DNA of 64,000 nt from Candidatus Heimdallarchaeum aukensis. GTDB lineage: Archaea; Asgardarchaeota; Heimdallarchaeia; Heimdallarchaeales; Heimdallarchaeaceae. Positions 37,807 through 47,435 of the stretch are shown in pieces (positions within the stretch are counted from its first letter, which is position 1; each line of letters starts with the position of its first letter). The DNA is taken from assembly GCA_021513695.1 (NCBI GenBank), contig CP084166.1:2656001-2720000 (forward strand). Direction: 5' to 3'. The position numbers and the translations under genes were made by a program. A model generated the notes under the pieces. That model worked only from the letters and a program-made list of their open reading frames with translations. It did no database searches and was not told where the DNA came from.

Positions 37807-39651
37807 TTATATTTCAAGTTCTAATTCTTTAATTTTTTCGGGTGTAGGAATACCATCTTCCCATCCACGTAGCTTATAATACTCTTGTTTCATTTGTTCT
37901 AATTCAACAATTTGTCCTTCTGATGCTCCTTCTGGCATCTTTTCCTCAAGTAGTCGTTTAGGTAATGTGTCATCTTTTCCAGATATTCCTAACTTATTTA
38001 GGATCATCCTTTCTAAATTAGTTATTCTTTCACCTGTCTTCAATAGTTCATCGGTTGTTACGTCCCAACCAGTTACTGGGCCTATCATTTCAGCATACTC
38101 ATCTAAACCAAGAGCAAAAGTTAAGAATAAACAATTAACGCTTGAATTTACTACACTAGTGAAATCTTGGAACGTTTTAGTTAGTTCAGCTTTTCCTTCT
38201 ATTGTGAATCTATCAACATCTCCTAGAACTTCTGCAGCAATAGTATAACCTGTGACATGGCAACCTCCTCGATTAGCTGTAGCATAATTTAATCCAATGC
38301 CTTTTGCTCCTCGTGGGTCATATGCTGGCATTTCTAAACCTTTTACTGACATCGATAATTCAGGAGCTCCATAATGTTCACACATTTTACGTGATCCTTC
38401 TCCAATCCAATAACCTAAACCTTGTCTAAAGGCAGCCATCCATGTGAGTTCTACAATAGCATCAGGGTTTCCAAATTCTACTTTTAATCCTTGTAAATCT
38501 TCTTCAGGTATTAACCCTTTTTCATTTAATTCCATCGCTGCAGCAATTGTGGAGCCAATAGATATCGGATCCATACCAAAGATGTCACAATAGTGGTTAG
38601 CTCGAATAACAGCTCCCATATTGTTGACATTTGTTGTACCTCCTAGTGCCCAAATTGCTTCATATTCAGGACCTTCTGTAAATGAAATCTTATAAGGGCC
38701 AAGTTCAACCTTTGTTTTTCTTCCACAAGCAACAACACAACCCCAACATGGGTGTTTGGAAATCAAATATTTCTCTGTCAAAGTCTCTCCTGAAATATTT
38801 TCTGCTTCTTTATCTACTCCTGTTTGCCAATTTTTAGTCGGGAAAAGACCATTTTGATTGATTATATTAACTAATACTGCAGTTCCATAAGTAGGTAAAC
38901 CTTCTCCTGTGACTCCATTTTCTTTTAGTTTTTCAACATGTTCTTTTACTTTTGTTTCAAATTCCTCTTGTTTAGCAATTTGTGGCTTAGCATTTCCATC
39001 TACAATTATGGCTTTTAACTTCTTTGAACCCATTATAGCTCCTAAACCTGTTCTACCGGCTGCTCTGTGTATTTCATTCATAATTACGGCACAAGGAACA
39101 AGATTTTCTCCTGCTGGGCCTATGCAACTAACTCCTGCTCTTTTTCTTTCGTGTTTTGATTGTAACCACTTTGTAGTGTCTATAGTATTTTTACCCCATA
39201 TTTCGCTAGCATCATGTAATTCTGGTTTTCCATCAATAATAGACAAGTAAACGGGTGTATCACTCTTTCCTTCAATAACAATTCCATCGTATCCTGCAAA
39301 TTTAAGCTTTGCACCCCAAGTACCACCAGTATTTCCAGAACCAATAGATCCTGTGAGAGGAGATTTCAAAGCCATTACATGATGTCTACCACTATTTGGA
39401 GAACGTGTTCCTGTAACTGGGCCTGTAGAAAAGAATAAAACGTTGTCAGGTGATAAAGCATCCATCTCTTTTAAATCTACACCTTTTTTTTCTAATTCTT
39501 TTGCATAATTCCAAAGATAGTAAACAGCTAAACCTTTTCCTCCAATAAATTTGCGTAGTATATCTTCTGGGAAATCAAAATCAGACATTTCTTTTGAACT
39601 TAGATTAACTTTTAACCATTTTCCCATATATCCATAATTCATTTTGCTCAC
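37807..39651 (-). CDS. aor: Tungsten-containing aldehyde:ferredoxin oxidoreductase (AOR family).
   Basis: N-terminal GKWLKVNLS...FIGGKGLAVYYLW. 614 aa. Conserved AOR cluster and pterin-binding regions (CWGCVVACGR, GLDPISIG, DGNLVPC). Confidence 0.9.
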   Translation of the reverse strand: MSKMNYGYMGKWLKVNLSSKEMSDFDFPEDILRKFIGGKGLAVYYLWNYAKELEKKGVDLKEMDALSPDNVLFFSTGPVTGTRSPNSGRHHVMALKSPLTGSIGSGNTGGTWGAKLKFAGYDGIVIEGKSDTPVYLSIIDGKPELHDASEIWGKNTIDTTKWLQSKHERKRAGVSCIGPAGENLVPCAVIMNEIHRAAGRTGLGAIMGSKKLKAIIVDGNAKPQIAKQEEFETKVKEHVEKLKENGVTGEGLPTYGTAVLVNIINQNGLFPTKNWQTGVDKEAENISGETLTEKYLISKHPCWGCVVACGRKTKVELGPYKISFTEGPEYEAIWALGGTTNVNNMGAVIRANHYCDIFGMDPISIGSTIAAAMELNEKGLIPEEDLQGLKVEFGNPDAIVELTWMAAFRQGLGYWIGEGSRKMCEHYGAPELSMSVKGLEMPAYDPRGAKGIGLNYATANRGGCHVTGYTIAAEVLGDVDRFTIEGKAELTKTFQDFTSVVNSSVNCLFLTFALGLDEYAEMIGPVTGWDVTTDELLKTGERITNLERMILNKLGISGKDDTLPKRLLEEKMPEGASEGQIVELEQMKQEYYKLRGWEDGIPTPEKIKELELEI

Positions 39652-39741
39652 CTCACGTGAACTACTGAAGTAAACTCTTTCACATATAAAAGATTTTTTG
39701 AAAATTACGAACTTTTTTAAATAGAACAGTTAAAAAAACTC

Positions 39742-41073
39742 TTGATATACTTGTCTAATTTCCCAGAAATAATACAAATTGAACCAACAAATTCATGTAA
39801 TTTCTCTTGCTCTATGTGTTTGTTGTCTTTATGGAAAAATGAGAAAAGAAACTCGATTTCTCTCTCTCTTTTTGAGCATATTGCGCAAGAAACATTTCCT
39901 CATATCTCGCGAGTAGTATTGTATGGAATGGGAGAACCTCTTACACATGAGAAATTTCTTGATCTACTCAGAATAGCAAGAAAATATCTGCAACCTGAAG
40001 GAACAATTGCATTTACGACAAATGGTTCATTATTTAATAACAATATGATTGATGAAGTTCTTGAAAACAATCTTGCAAATGAGATTGTTTTTTCATGTGA
40101 TACTTTTGAAGAAGAAGAGGAGTCATTAGGTCATTCTATGGCAGTAACCACAGTAAGAAAAAATCTGGATTATCTCTTAAAACATGAAAAACGAGGTAGA
40201 ATCAAAGTAGGAATCGAAATTGTTGTGATGAAGAGAAATTATAAATCTCTTGAAAAATCGATACAAATGTTCTGCGATAAGAAAGTGGATTTCATTACAG
40301 TTAGTCATATGTACCCATACAAAGAACATGTCCAAAATGAGACAATGTATACGATGCTTACAGAAGAAGCACTAGATATTTTTGAAGGGTCAGGAGAGAA
40401 ATGGGATGAGCTTATACTTGGTGTAACACGAGAAAAATTCGCAGAATCTATGCAGTTACAATATAGAGAATTATACAAATACAAAGACAGATTAGTAAAA
40501 AAGGAAAGGCCGTATTCAGAAAGATATAATGAATTATTATCTAAAGCAAAAAAGAAAAATGTTCTTTTAAACACTTCATTATACTTGAAAGAAAAAGAAA
40601 AATTAGAACGTTTAAGAGAACTTGAAACAATTTTCAAAAAAATTATTCAAATATCAAAAAAATCAGGGGTAAAAGTTTTTCTTCCTGATATTATCCCATC
40701 TTTTAAACGCAGAGAATGCCCCTATCAATCAAATAATGCTGTAGTTATAAGGTCAGATGGAGAAGTCGTTCCTTGTTTTAAATATCTTTATGATCATCCC
40801 TCATATTTGGATTATCATAGTAGAGAGTCTTCATTCTTTTCTTTTGGGAATGTGAAAAACAATTCTTTTTCAGAGATTTGGAATAGTGCTGATTTTACTT
40901 CTTTTAGAAACAAACTTAAAGATATGAATAAAAATGTTCCATACTGCGGAAACTGCAGTTTCTCGACAAATAATTGTTTTTATGTTACAGAAGGACAAAG
41001 TGATTGTTGGGGAAATGAACCTTTTTGTTCAGAATGTCCATATAGTTTGAATCTTACGAAATGTTTGCTTTAG
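39742..41073 (+). CDS. Radical SAM enzyme with a C-terminal SPASM/twitch Cys-rich domain. Possibly a cofactor-modifying (Cmo-like) partner of AOR.
   Basis: CNFSCSMC (CxxxCxxC) radical SAM motif near the N-terminus. C-terminal Cys clusters CPYQ...PCF and CGNCSFSTNNCFYV...CWGNEPFCSECPY. Confidence 0.75.
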   Translation: MIYLSNFPEIIQIEPTNSCNFSCSMCLLSLWKNEKRNSISLSLFEHIAQETFPHISRVVLYGMGEPLTHEKFLDLLRIARKYLQPEGTIAFTTNGSLFNNNMIDEVLENNLANEIVFSCDTFEEEEESLGHSMAVTTVRKNLDYLLKHEKRGRIKVGIEIVVMKRNYKSLEKSIQMFCDKKVDFITVSHMYPYKEHVQNETMYTMLTEEALDIFEGSGEKWDELILGVTREKFAESMQLQYRELYKYKDRLVKKERPYSERYNELLSKAKKKNVLLNTSLYLKEKEKLERLRELETIFKKIIQISKKSGVKVFLPDIIPSFKRRECPYQSNNAVVIRSDGEVVPCFKYLYDHPSYLDYHSRESSFFSFGNVKNNSFSEIWNSADFTSFRNKLKDMNKNVPYCGNCSFSTNNCFYVTEGQSDCWGNEPFCSECPYSLNLTKCLL

Positions 41074-41204
41074 AGTTTGTTACAAGAATAAGAATGTTAC
41101 TAAAAACAAAAAAGTTCTTTACTTTGAATTATCACTTTATCTTTCGAATTCTATATTGAAAATTTCGTCTACTTTAAGTTTTTTATTTTGCAAAGAATTT
41201 TTAA

Positions 41205-41927
41205 ATGATTACTTTTTCAAAATCTTCGATGGAAGCTATAATTCTTTGTGGGGGATTAGGAACAAGAATTAGAACTATTACTCAAGATTCTATTCCTAAA
41301 GCAATGGTGAAAATTAAAGGTAAAACTATTTTAGAATGGGAAATAGAATGGTTGAATAAATATGGAATTGATCATGTTATTTTAGCAGTAAGACATTTGG
41401 CAGATTACATACAAAAAAACCTTGGTAATAGCTATCAAACTGAAATAGGTAAAGTAAAAATTACTTATAGTAAAGAACCAGAAAAACTTGGTTCAGGAGG
41501 AGCTGTTCGATTTGCTCAAAAACATGTTTCAGATGAGCAAGTTATTATTATGAATGGAGATGTTTTAACAAATTTTAACCTTAAAGAAATGATCGACGAA
41601 CATTTAAAAGGAAATTTAACAGGTACAATAGGCGTTTCAATGATGCGTAGTCCCTACGGGATAGTCGAATTTGATGATAACTTAGTAATATCAGAATTTA
41701 AAGAAAAACCTCTGCTTAATCATTGGATTCACTCTGGTGTTGACATCTTCCAAAAAAAGGTTTTACTTTCTTTTCCTGAAAAAGGTCAGATGGAGGACAC
41801 TATATTTGTAGAACTTGCAAAGAAAAAAGAACTTGCGGTGTTTAAAATAGAACCTAAATATTATTGGAGAAGTATCGATACAACAAAAGATTTCCAAGAA
41901 GCAGAAAAAGATTGGACAGGAATATAA
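41205..41927 (+). CDS. Sugar-phosphate nucleotidyltransferase. Probable true start at ATG 41229 (MEAIILCGG...).
   Basis: AIILCGGLGTRIR glycine-rich NTP-transferase motif. KPEKLGSGGAV. About 230 aa. Confidence 0.75.
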   Translation: MITFSKSSMEAIILCGGLGTRIRTITQDSIPKAMVKIKGKTILEWEIEWLNKYGIDHVILAVRHLADYIQKNLGNSYQTEIGKVKITYSKEPEKLGSGGAVRFAQKHVSDEQVIIMNGDVLTNFNLKEMIDEHLKGNLTGTIGVSMMRSPYGIVEFDDNLVISEFKEKPLLNHWIHSGVDIFQKKVLLSFPEKGQMEDTIFVELAKKKELAVFKIEPKYYWRSIDTTKDFQEAEKDWTGI

Positions 41928-41930
41928 TTC

Positions 41931-42728
41931 TCAAAAAGTTGGATTCCACTCAAATCTTCTTTGAATATATATTTGTTCAAATCCGAGACTATAATATAAT
42001 TGTTCTGCCTTACTGTTTAATACAGTTTGAAGGCAAAATTCTAAATCTTTGTCTTCAATCAATTTTTCTGAAATGAAGTTCGATAACATAGCTTTAGCAT
42101 AACCCCTTCTTTGAAAACGTTTTTTAGTTCCAACTCCATAAATTCCAATGAGTTCTTCAGTCTTTATACTGCAAAAACATGATATGTCCTTTCCTGAAAC
42201 AACTCCTACATAAAAAGAAATGTTATTCTTCATTTGAAGAAGAACCATGTCCGAAATATATTTCTTTAAACTTCTTGGATATTGAAAAGCATCAAAAAAA
42301 ACATTAACCCATCTGTTGTAATTTTTTTCTGTTAATTCATCAATTTGTAAGGCATTATTTCTGAAATAATTAATTTTATCAAATTTTGTAAGAGACATTA
42401 CATCTACATCAGTTAGAGACCTAAGAAAACCTTTTTCTCTAAGAACTTTTGCGTTGTAATTATAATTGGAATCCTGTGGAATTTTTACTGTAAAATACTT
42501 TTTTCCATTATCAAAAAAAGAGAAACATTGTTCAAGAAACAGATCAAATTCAGAAGACCCCAAATGTGTTGGAGTAATATAACTGTAGGTGTCGATTGTA
42601 TTATTTTTTAAAAAATAGCCATATTTATTGTGAAAAACTTCTGAATTGGGCATAAAACTATAAAATAAATACTCGTTAAAATCATATTTCTTTCTTATAT
42701 CAATTTTTGATTGAGACATTAGATTCAA
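41931..42728 (-). CDS. GNAT-family N-acetyltransferase with an N-terminal uncharacterised domain.
   Basis: C-terminal acetyl-CoA-binding motif QRRGYAKAML and YYSLGFE. Confidence 0.55.
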   Translation of the reverse strand: MNLMSQSKIDIRKKYDFNEYLFYSFMPNSEVFHNKYGYFLKNNTIDTYSYITPTHLGSSEFDLFLEQCFSFFDNGKKYFTVKIPQDSNYNYNAKVLREKGFLRSLTDVDVMSLTKFDKINYFRNNALQIDELTEKNYNRWVNVFFDAFQYPRSLKKYISDMVLLQMKNNISFYVGVVSGKDISCFCSIKTEELIGIYGVGTKKRFQRRGYAKAMLSNFISEKLIEDKDLEFCLQTVLNSKAEQLYYSLGFEQIYIQRRFEWNPTF

Positions 42729-42849
42729 CAGAACTTATTTCGATTAAGAGCTTATTATAGTTTCCTTTTCTTAATTAAGATACTAGCTCAAATTTAATAA
42801 ATTAGCAAAAGATTTTAAAGCACTCTTTTTTTTGCAAATATGAAATATA

Positions 42850-43128
42850 ATGAGCACAAAAACAGAAAGAAGTTTCGCTAAAGAAGTAGGGAGAGCAATT
42901 ATTGGAGCTCTAGTTCTAATAGTCTTACTAGTTATATGGTTACTTTGGGATAAAATATATCATGTTTTCTACAATGATTTGTTCCCTAACGCACCTAAAG
43001 GAACGCTTTTGATTTATTGGTTGTTGTTCTTGTTTCCAATAACTTTTGGAGGAATCTCTTTACTGATCGATGGAGGATACAAAGCTTATAAAATAGCCGT
43101 TCCTGAAAAAGAAGAAGAGGAAGAATAA
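42850..43128 (+). CDS. Small two-TM membrane protein.
   Basis: Two hydrophobic helices. 92 aa. Acidic C-terminus. Confidence 0.35.
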   Translation: MSTKTERSFAKEVGRAIIGALVLIVLLVIWLLWDKIYHVFYNDLFPNAPKGTLLIYWLLFLFPITFGGISLLIDGGYKAYKIAVPEKEEEEE

Positions 43129-43201
43129 TCTAAACAAAATATTTTTTTAGTTTTTCTACATTATTTCACTAAAAGGTTCAACTCTTTATTTTGGTGAAGC
43201 A

Positions 43202-44233
43202 ATGTTTGAAATTGATCTAAGAATTCAAAAGGTAATAAAGAAAGTACTAAAAAACAATTTAGCATTACAAGACGGTGAAAAGTTTCTAATAGCTACTGAT
43301 TATCCATCTACCTTAGATTTAAAGTACAAGGAACCAGAAATTCTTCAGAGAATTTTTGCAAGAAATTTTCTTGCTCGATTTATCCAAAAAATCGCAAAGG
43401 ATAAGTTTCCTAATGTAAAAACTGATTTTATTGCTTATCAATGTCCTTGGGTACATTACCCTGAAAAGATAGATGATTTAGTTGATAAGGTTAAAAATTA
43501 TGATGTATGTTATATTCTTTCAGAGTTTTCTGTCTGGAATATTTTTAGATCTAAAGATTCAAAATTAATAACTAAAACTAGATTTGCTTTTTCTCCAAGT
43601 TGTGATGAAACCATTTTTCGCCCACATGGCCCTTTAGATATCGATAGTAACAAACTTGAAAGAAATGTAATGAATACTTATGCAAAGATCAATAAAGGAA
43701 AAAATGTAAGAATATGGAATCATATAGGCACAAATTTAGAAATAAATTTAACAGAATATAAATCTAGAATTGCCTATGAATCAGGTATCATAAATTATCC
43801 TGGGAAAAAGTCCAATCTTCCTGCTGGCGAAGTACTTATTATGAACCCTGATATTAACGGCACTTATGTAGTTCCTGCTGGTTGGATAGAAGAACTAAAA
43901 TCTAATCTTGTTATTGAGATTAGGAATAGTGAAATAACAAAGATCTACCAGCAGGGAGAAGGAAATTGGATAGAAAATAATTATTTTCTAGTTAAATATC
44001 CTAACAAAATCTCATTTTTCTCTATTGGTCATAACTATCAAGCCAACAACCCTTTTCTAATAATTGAGATGCTAAAAATGAGAGGATTGGCTTCAATAAA
44101 GATTAACAATCGAGGGCTAAGACAACTAGATATTCTGAACACTAAAGTTTTCACAGGTCATTTTCCCTCTCCAAATATTTATCTTGAGGTAGACGGGGAA
44201 GAAATATTCCGTAATGGACAATTCATGCTATAG
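43202..44233 (+). CDS. Hypothetical protein. Weak resemblance to M29 (AmpS/PepS-like) aminopeptidases.
   Basis: SNLPAGEVLIMNPDINGTYVV resembles the aminopeptidase T metal-site region. Otherwise unassigned. Confidence 0.3.
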   Translation: MFEIDLRIQKVIKKVLKNNLALQDGEKFLIATDYPSTLDLKYKEPEILQRIFARNFLARFIQKIAKDKFPNVKTDFIAYQCPWVHYPEKIDDLVDKVKNYDVCYILSEFSVWNIFRSKDSKLITKTRFAFSPSCDETIFRPHGPLDIDSNKLERNVMNTYAKINKGKNVRIWNHIGTNLEINLTEYKSRIAYESGIINYPGKKSNLPAGEVLIMNPDINGTYVVPAGWIEELKSNLVIEIRNSEITKIYQQGEGNWIENNYFLVKYPNKISFFSIGHNYQANNPFLIIEMLKMRGLASIKINNRGLRQLDILNTKVFTGHFPSPNIYLEVDGEEIFRNGQFML

Positions 44234-44320
44234 CATATTTTAATTAACAGAACTCAAGTTTTATCATATAAAAGAAAATTGAAAAAATAAACGAAAATAA
44301 ATGAAATAAAATTTTAAATT

Positions 44321-44554
44321 TTATTGCTCAACACATATCATTGTCATCGTTGAACGAACATTATCTAATGCACGAAGATTTTCAGTAACAATCTTTTTCA
44401 AAGATTCTGTGTCTTCTGCTTCAATTTTTGCAATTAGATCATATACTCCGTATACTACGTGAGCTTCTTTCACATTAGGAAGTTCTAATAACTGCTCCAT
44501 TACGTTATTTTCCTCCCCAATTTCGCTATTTATTAAAATAAAAGCTGTTGCCAT
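44321..44554 (-). CDS. Stand-alone Lrp/AsnC-type RAM (ligand-binding) domain protein.
   Basis: 77 aa. MATAFILINSEIGEENNV...VVYGVYDLIAKIEAEDTESLKKIV... matches the AsnC C-terminal beta-alpha-beta-beta-alpha-beta fold pattern. No HTH. Confidence 0.55.
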   Translation of the reverse strand: MATAFILINSEIGEENNVMEQLLELPNVKEAHVVYGVYDLIAKIEAEDTESLKKIVTENLRALDNVRSTMTMICVEQ

Positions 44555-44806
44555 TCTTTCATCACCAATATTAGTTCTATATGTATGTATATTTTAATAT
44601 TAATAAACTTTATTCCTAAAATATACTTTCTACTCATTTATTGGTAATAGGATACGGGTATTTTATACATATCTTATATTTTTAATTAACTAGTGATGTT
44701 ATTTATTAAAGAACTTTTATTTTCAAAACTAGTCAAAGTGGTGAAAAAATTTAGTCTATTGAGAAAATAAAGAAAAGAATTTAAGTTAGAGAGAAAAGGA
44801 AAAAAT

Positions 44807-45244
44807 ATGGAAGACATATCAAAGTTAAATGAAAACTGTTTTGCTTGTGGAAAAAACAATCCTATAGGCCCTAAATTACAGTTTCGTATTAATTCTGAAA
44901 ATCAAGTAGAAACAAGTTTTACTCCCCCACAAGAATGGAGCGGTTGGGGAGAAATAGTTCACGGGGGATTACAGACTGTGATTCTAGATGAAATTTCAGC
45001 TTGGGCAATTGTTCTTCTAACAAAAAAATTTACTCTGACGATAAAAGCAAACGTTGAATTTTTAAGGCCTGTGTATGTTAATGAAAGCCTAACAGCTACA
45101 GCAAAAATTGAAAAAATTGAAGATGACATTATCTATGTATCTAGTGTAATTTTAAATGAAAAAGAGAAAATATGTACAAAAGGTCGATTTATTTTTAAAG
45201 AAGTTTCAGAAGAAAAACTTGCAAGCGTAGCCGTTAAAAGATAA
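44807..45244 (+). CDS. Hotdog-fold thioesterase (PaaI/YbgC-like) with an N-terminal CxxC element.
   Basis: CFACGKNNPIGPKLQF...GWGEIVHGG...DEISAWA matches the PaaI-type thioesterase core. 145 aa. Confidence 0.55.
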   Translation: MEDISKLNENCFACGKNNPIGPKLQFRINSENQVETSFTPPQEWSGWGEIVHGGLQTVILDEISAWAIVLLTKKFTLTIKANVEFLRPVYVNESLTATAKIEKIEDDIIYVSSVILNEKEKICTKGRFIFKEVSEEKLASVAVKR

Positions 45245-45382
45245 AAGATTCTTCATATTTCTCTTGTTTTTTCGTTTTTTGTAAAAATTTTTTACAATTA
45301 CGAATATTTATGAAAAATATTTATAGAAGGAATATTTTTGAATATTACTGATATGGGGATTGAGAATATATGGGGAAAATAA

Positions 45383-46810
45383 ATGAAAAATGAACATAGG
45401 CTACTACGTAAATTTGAAGAAATGGAAAAAGAACAAAAAATAGCTGAAATTGTTGAAAGTTCTGTAGATAAAAAGGAAGATAATTTAACAGATTTTGAAT
45501 TCTATAGTATTTTATACATTAAAGCTAGAGCTAATTTTATTCTTAGGAATTTTGAAGAAGCAAAAAAGTTTCTCTCTCAAATAGAAAAGTGGGCGATAGA
45601 TCATAATATTGAGTTATTTGTAAAAAGTAAAGTGTTAGAAGCTAATTGCTGTACTATTACAGGACAGTTGGTTGAAGCACAGAAAATTTTCGAAGAAATT
45701 TTCACGAAATATCCTGAAATAAAAGAATACCCTTTTTACACAAACATAATTATTAACTACGGACACACTTTTTTCTATCAAGGTAAGATTATTGATGCAA
45801 ATAATCAATATATAAAGGCTTTAACTATAGCTAAAGAACGAAATCTCCGTCAGGATAAAATAAAAAATAATCTTGCTCTAACATATACTCAATTAGGTAA
45901 TTATGAGAAGGCTATAGAATTATTAGAAGAAGTCATCAAAGAAAAAGAAAGAATGAATGATTTTCAAGGATGGACTATTGCCAAAGTTAACTTAGGTTCG
46001 ATATGTAGCTACCATGGTGATTTTCAAAGAGCTAATGAAAATATTGACATTGCAATAAAATTTGCTGAAGAAAAATTGTTCATAAGAGAGCTAGCAGGAG
46101 CTCATTCAGCTAAAGGTTTGGTTTTGCTTAAAGAAAAGAAGGTGTTAAAAGCCCAACAACATTTAGAAAAAGCAAAATCCATACTTGAACAGATTAATGT
46201 TAAAGATATTCTTCCTGAAGTGCTAGTAAGGCTAGGCTTCATATATTTTCTACTTGGTGAATATGAAAGAGTTGAACCTATTATCGACACTATTGAAAAA
46301 TTTGCTGAGGAACAAAAAAGTACTCTTTTCTTAGTCTGGGGTATCTGTTTGGAAACAATGGTGAGATTCGAAAAAAATCAAGACAAAAATGCCTTAAGGC
46401 AGATTGAAAATGTTCTTGATATTTCATTAGAGTTTAATATTATTCCTGCTTTCATTCAAGCATCAGTTTTAGCTCTCTATATCTATGCTGCAATTGAAGA
46501 TGTTGAACAGGTAAATGAAATATCAATTCGTGCTCTAAAAGTAGTTGAAGAGAAAGAGATAAAACTTGTCCAAATCCAACTTTACATCATTTTATGTTTT
46601 GTAAATTTGATTCTAAATAATAATAAGGCACTTATGAAGTATTTCAATAAATTATCAAAATTAAACAAAGAAAATTTATACCCTGATGATATTAAAAAAT
46701 TAAACTATTTTGTTGAAAATAGAAGAAAAACAAACAATTCTGATAATATAGACAATGAAATTCGTAATGTACTTATCGATTTTCTTCAAAGAATAAGTCC
46801 TTGGTTTTAA
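45383..46810 (+). CDS. TPR-repeat protein.
   Basis: Multiple 34-aa TPR-like helices (W-LG-Y-A-F-A-P pattern, e.g. ALTYTQLGNYEKAIELLEEVI). Confidence 0.55.
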   Translation: MKNEHRLLRKFEEMEKEQKIAEIVESSVDKKEDNLTDFEFYSILYIKARANFILRNFEEAKKFLSQIEKWAIDHNIELFVKSKVLEANCCTITGQLVEAQKIFEEIFTKYPEIKEYPFYTNIIINYGHTFFYQGKIIDANNQYIKALTIAKERNLRQDKIKNNLALTYTQLGNYEKAIELLEEVIKEKERMNDFQGWTIAKVNLGSICSYHGDFQRANENIDIAIKFAEEKLFIRELAGAHSAKGLVLLKEKKVLKAQQHLEKAKSILEQINVKDILPEVLVRLGFIYFLLGEYERVEPIIDTIEKFAEEQKSTLFLVWGICLETMVRFEKNQDKNALRQIENVLDISLEFNIIPAFIQASVLALYIYAAIEDVEQVNEISIRALKVVEEKEIKLVQIQLYIILCFVNLILNNNKALMKYFNKLSKLNKENLYPDDIKKLNYFVENRRKTNNSDNIDNEIRNVLIDFLQRISPWF

Positions 46811-46984
46811 CTTATTCCACTGTTTTATTTTTTTACTTATTCTCGCGTTTTATACCTAAGAAGTTGTTTTTCACAATGTAATTTTTTTATTAGTAACATT
46901 TATATCAAATAAAGACAATTTCATAATGTTACACTTTTGAGTATAAATTTTATCCTCATTTTGTAACTTAAAAGGTGAGATAAT

Positions 46985-47404
46985 ATGTTTGATACTGTTG
47001 GCGAATGGCTAGATAAAATGGAATTGAAATATCAAAAAAATGAAGAAAAAAGAACTTTTGTTCTTCCTTATGACATTAACAATGTGAAATTTATGGTTAT
47101 TATCCTTGTTTTTCCTGAAAAATGGATAAAAATAGGAGCACTAATAATGAAGGCAGAAAAAGTCGTGGAAGAAATGTATTTAGCTCTACTTCAAGAAAAT
47201 TGGAACTTGTTTGAAGTTACATATTCTGTTGACGAACAAGGAAATATTTTTTCAGAAAATGATATACCCCATACATCCAATTATGAAAACTTTGTGTCTG
47301 AATTTCAAGCTGTTATTTTTGGTGTGATAAACTTTTTCGATAAAATTGCACCTAAATTCCAAGCTAAAGCGGTAGACACTTACAACTCAGAAGCATGGGT
47401 TTAG
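46985..47404 (+). CDS. Hypothetical protein (YbjN-like fold possible).
   Basis: ORF only. No motif recognised. Confidence 0.3.
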   Translation: MFDTVGEWLDKMELKYQKNEEKRTFVLPYDINNVKFMVIILVFPEKWIKIGALIMKAEKVVEEMYLALLQENWNLFEVTYSVDEQGNIFSENDIPHTSNYENFVSEFQAVIFGVINFFDKIAPKFQAKAVDTYNSEAWV

Positions 47405-47435
47405 TTCTAATTTTGTTTCTATCTTTTTTATCCAT

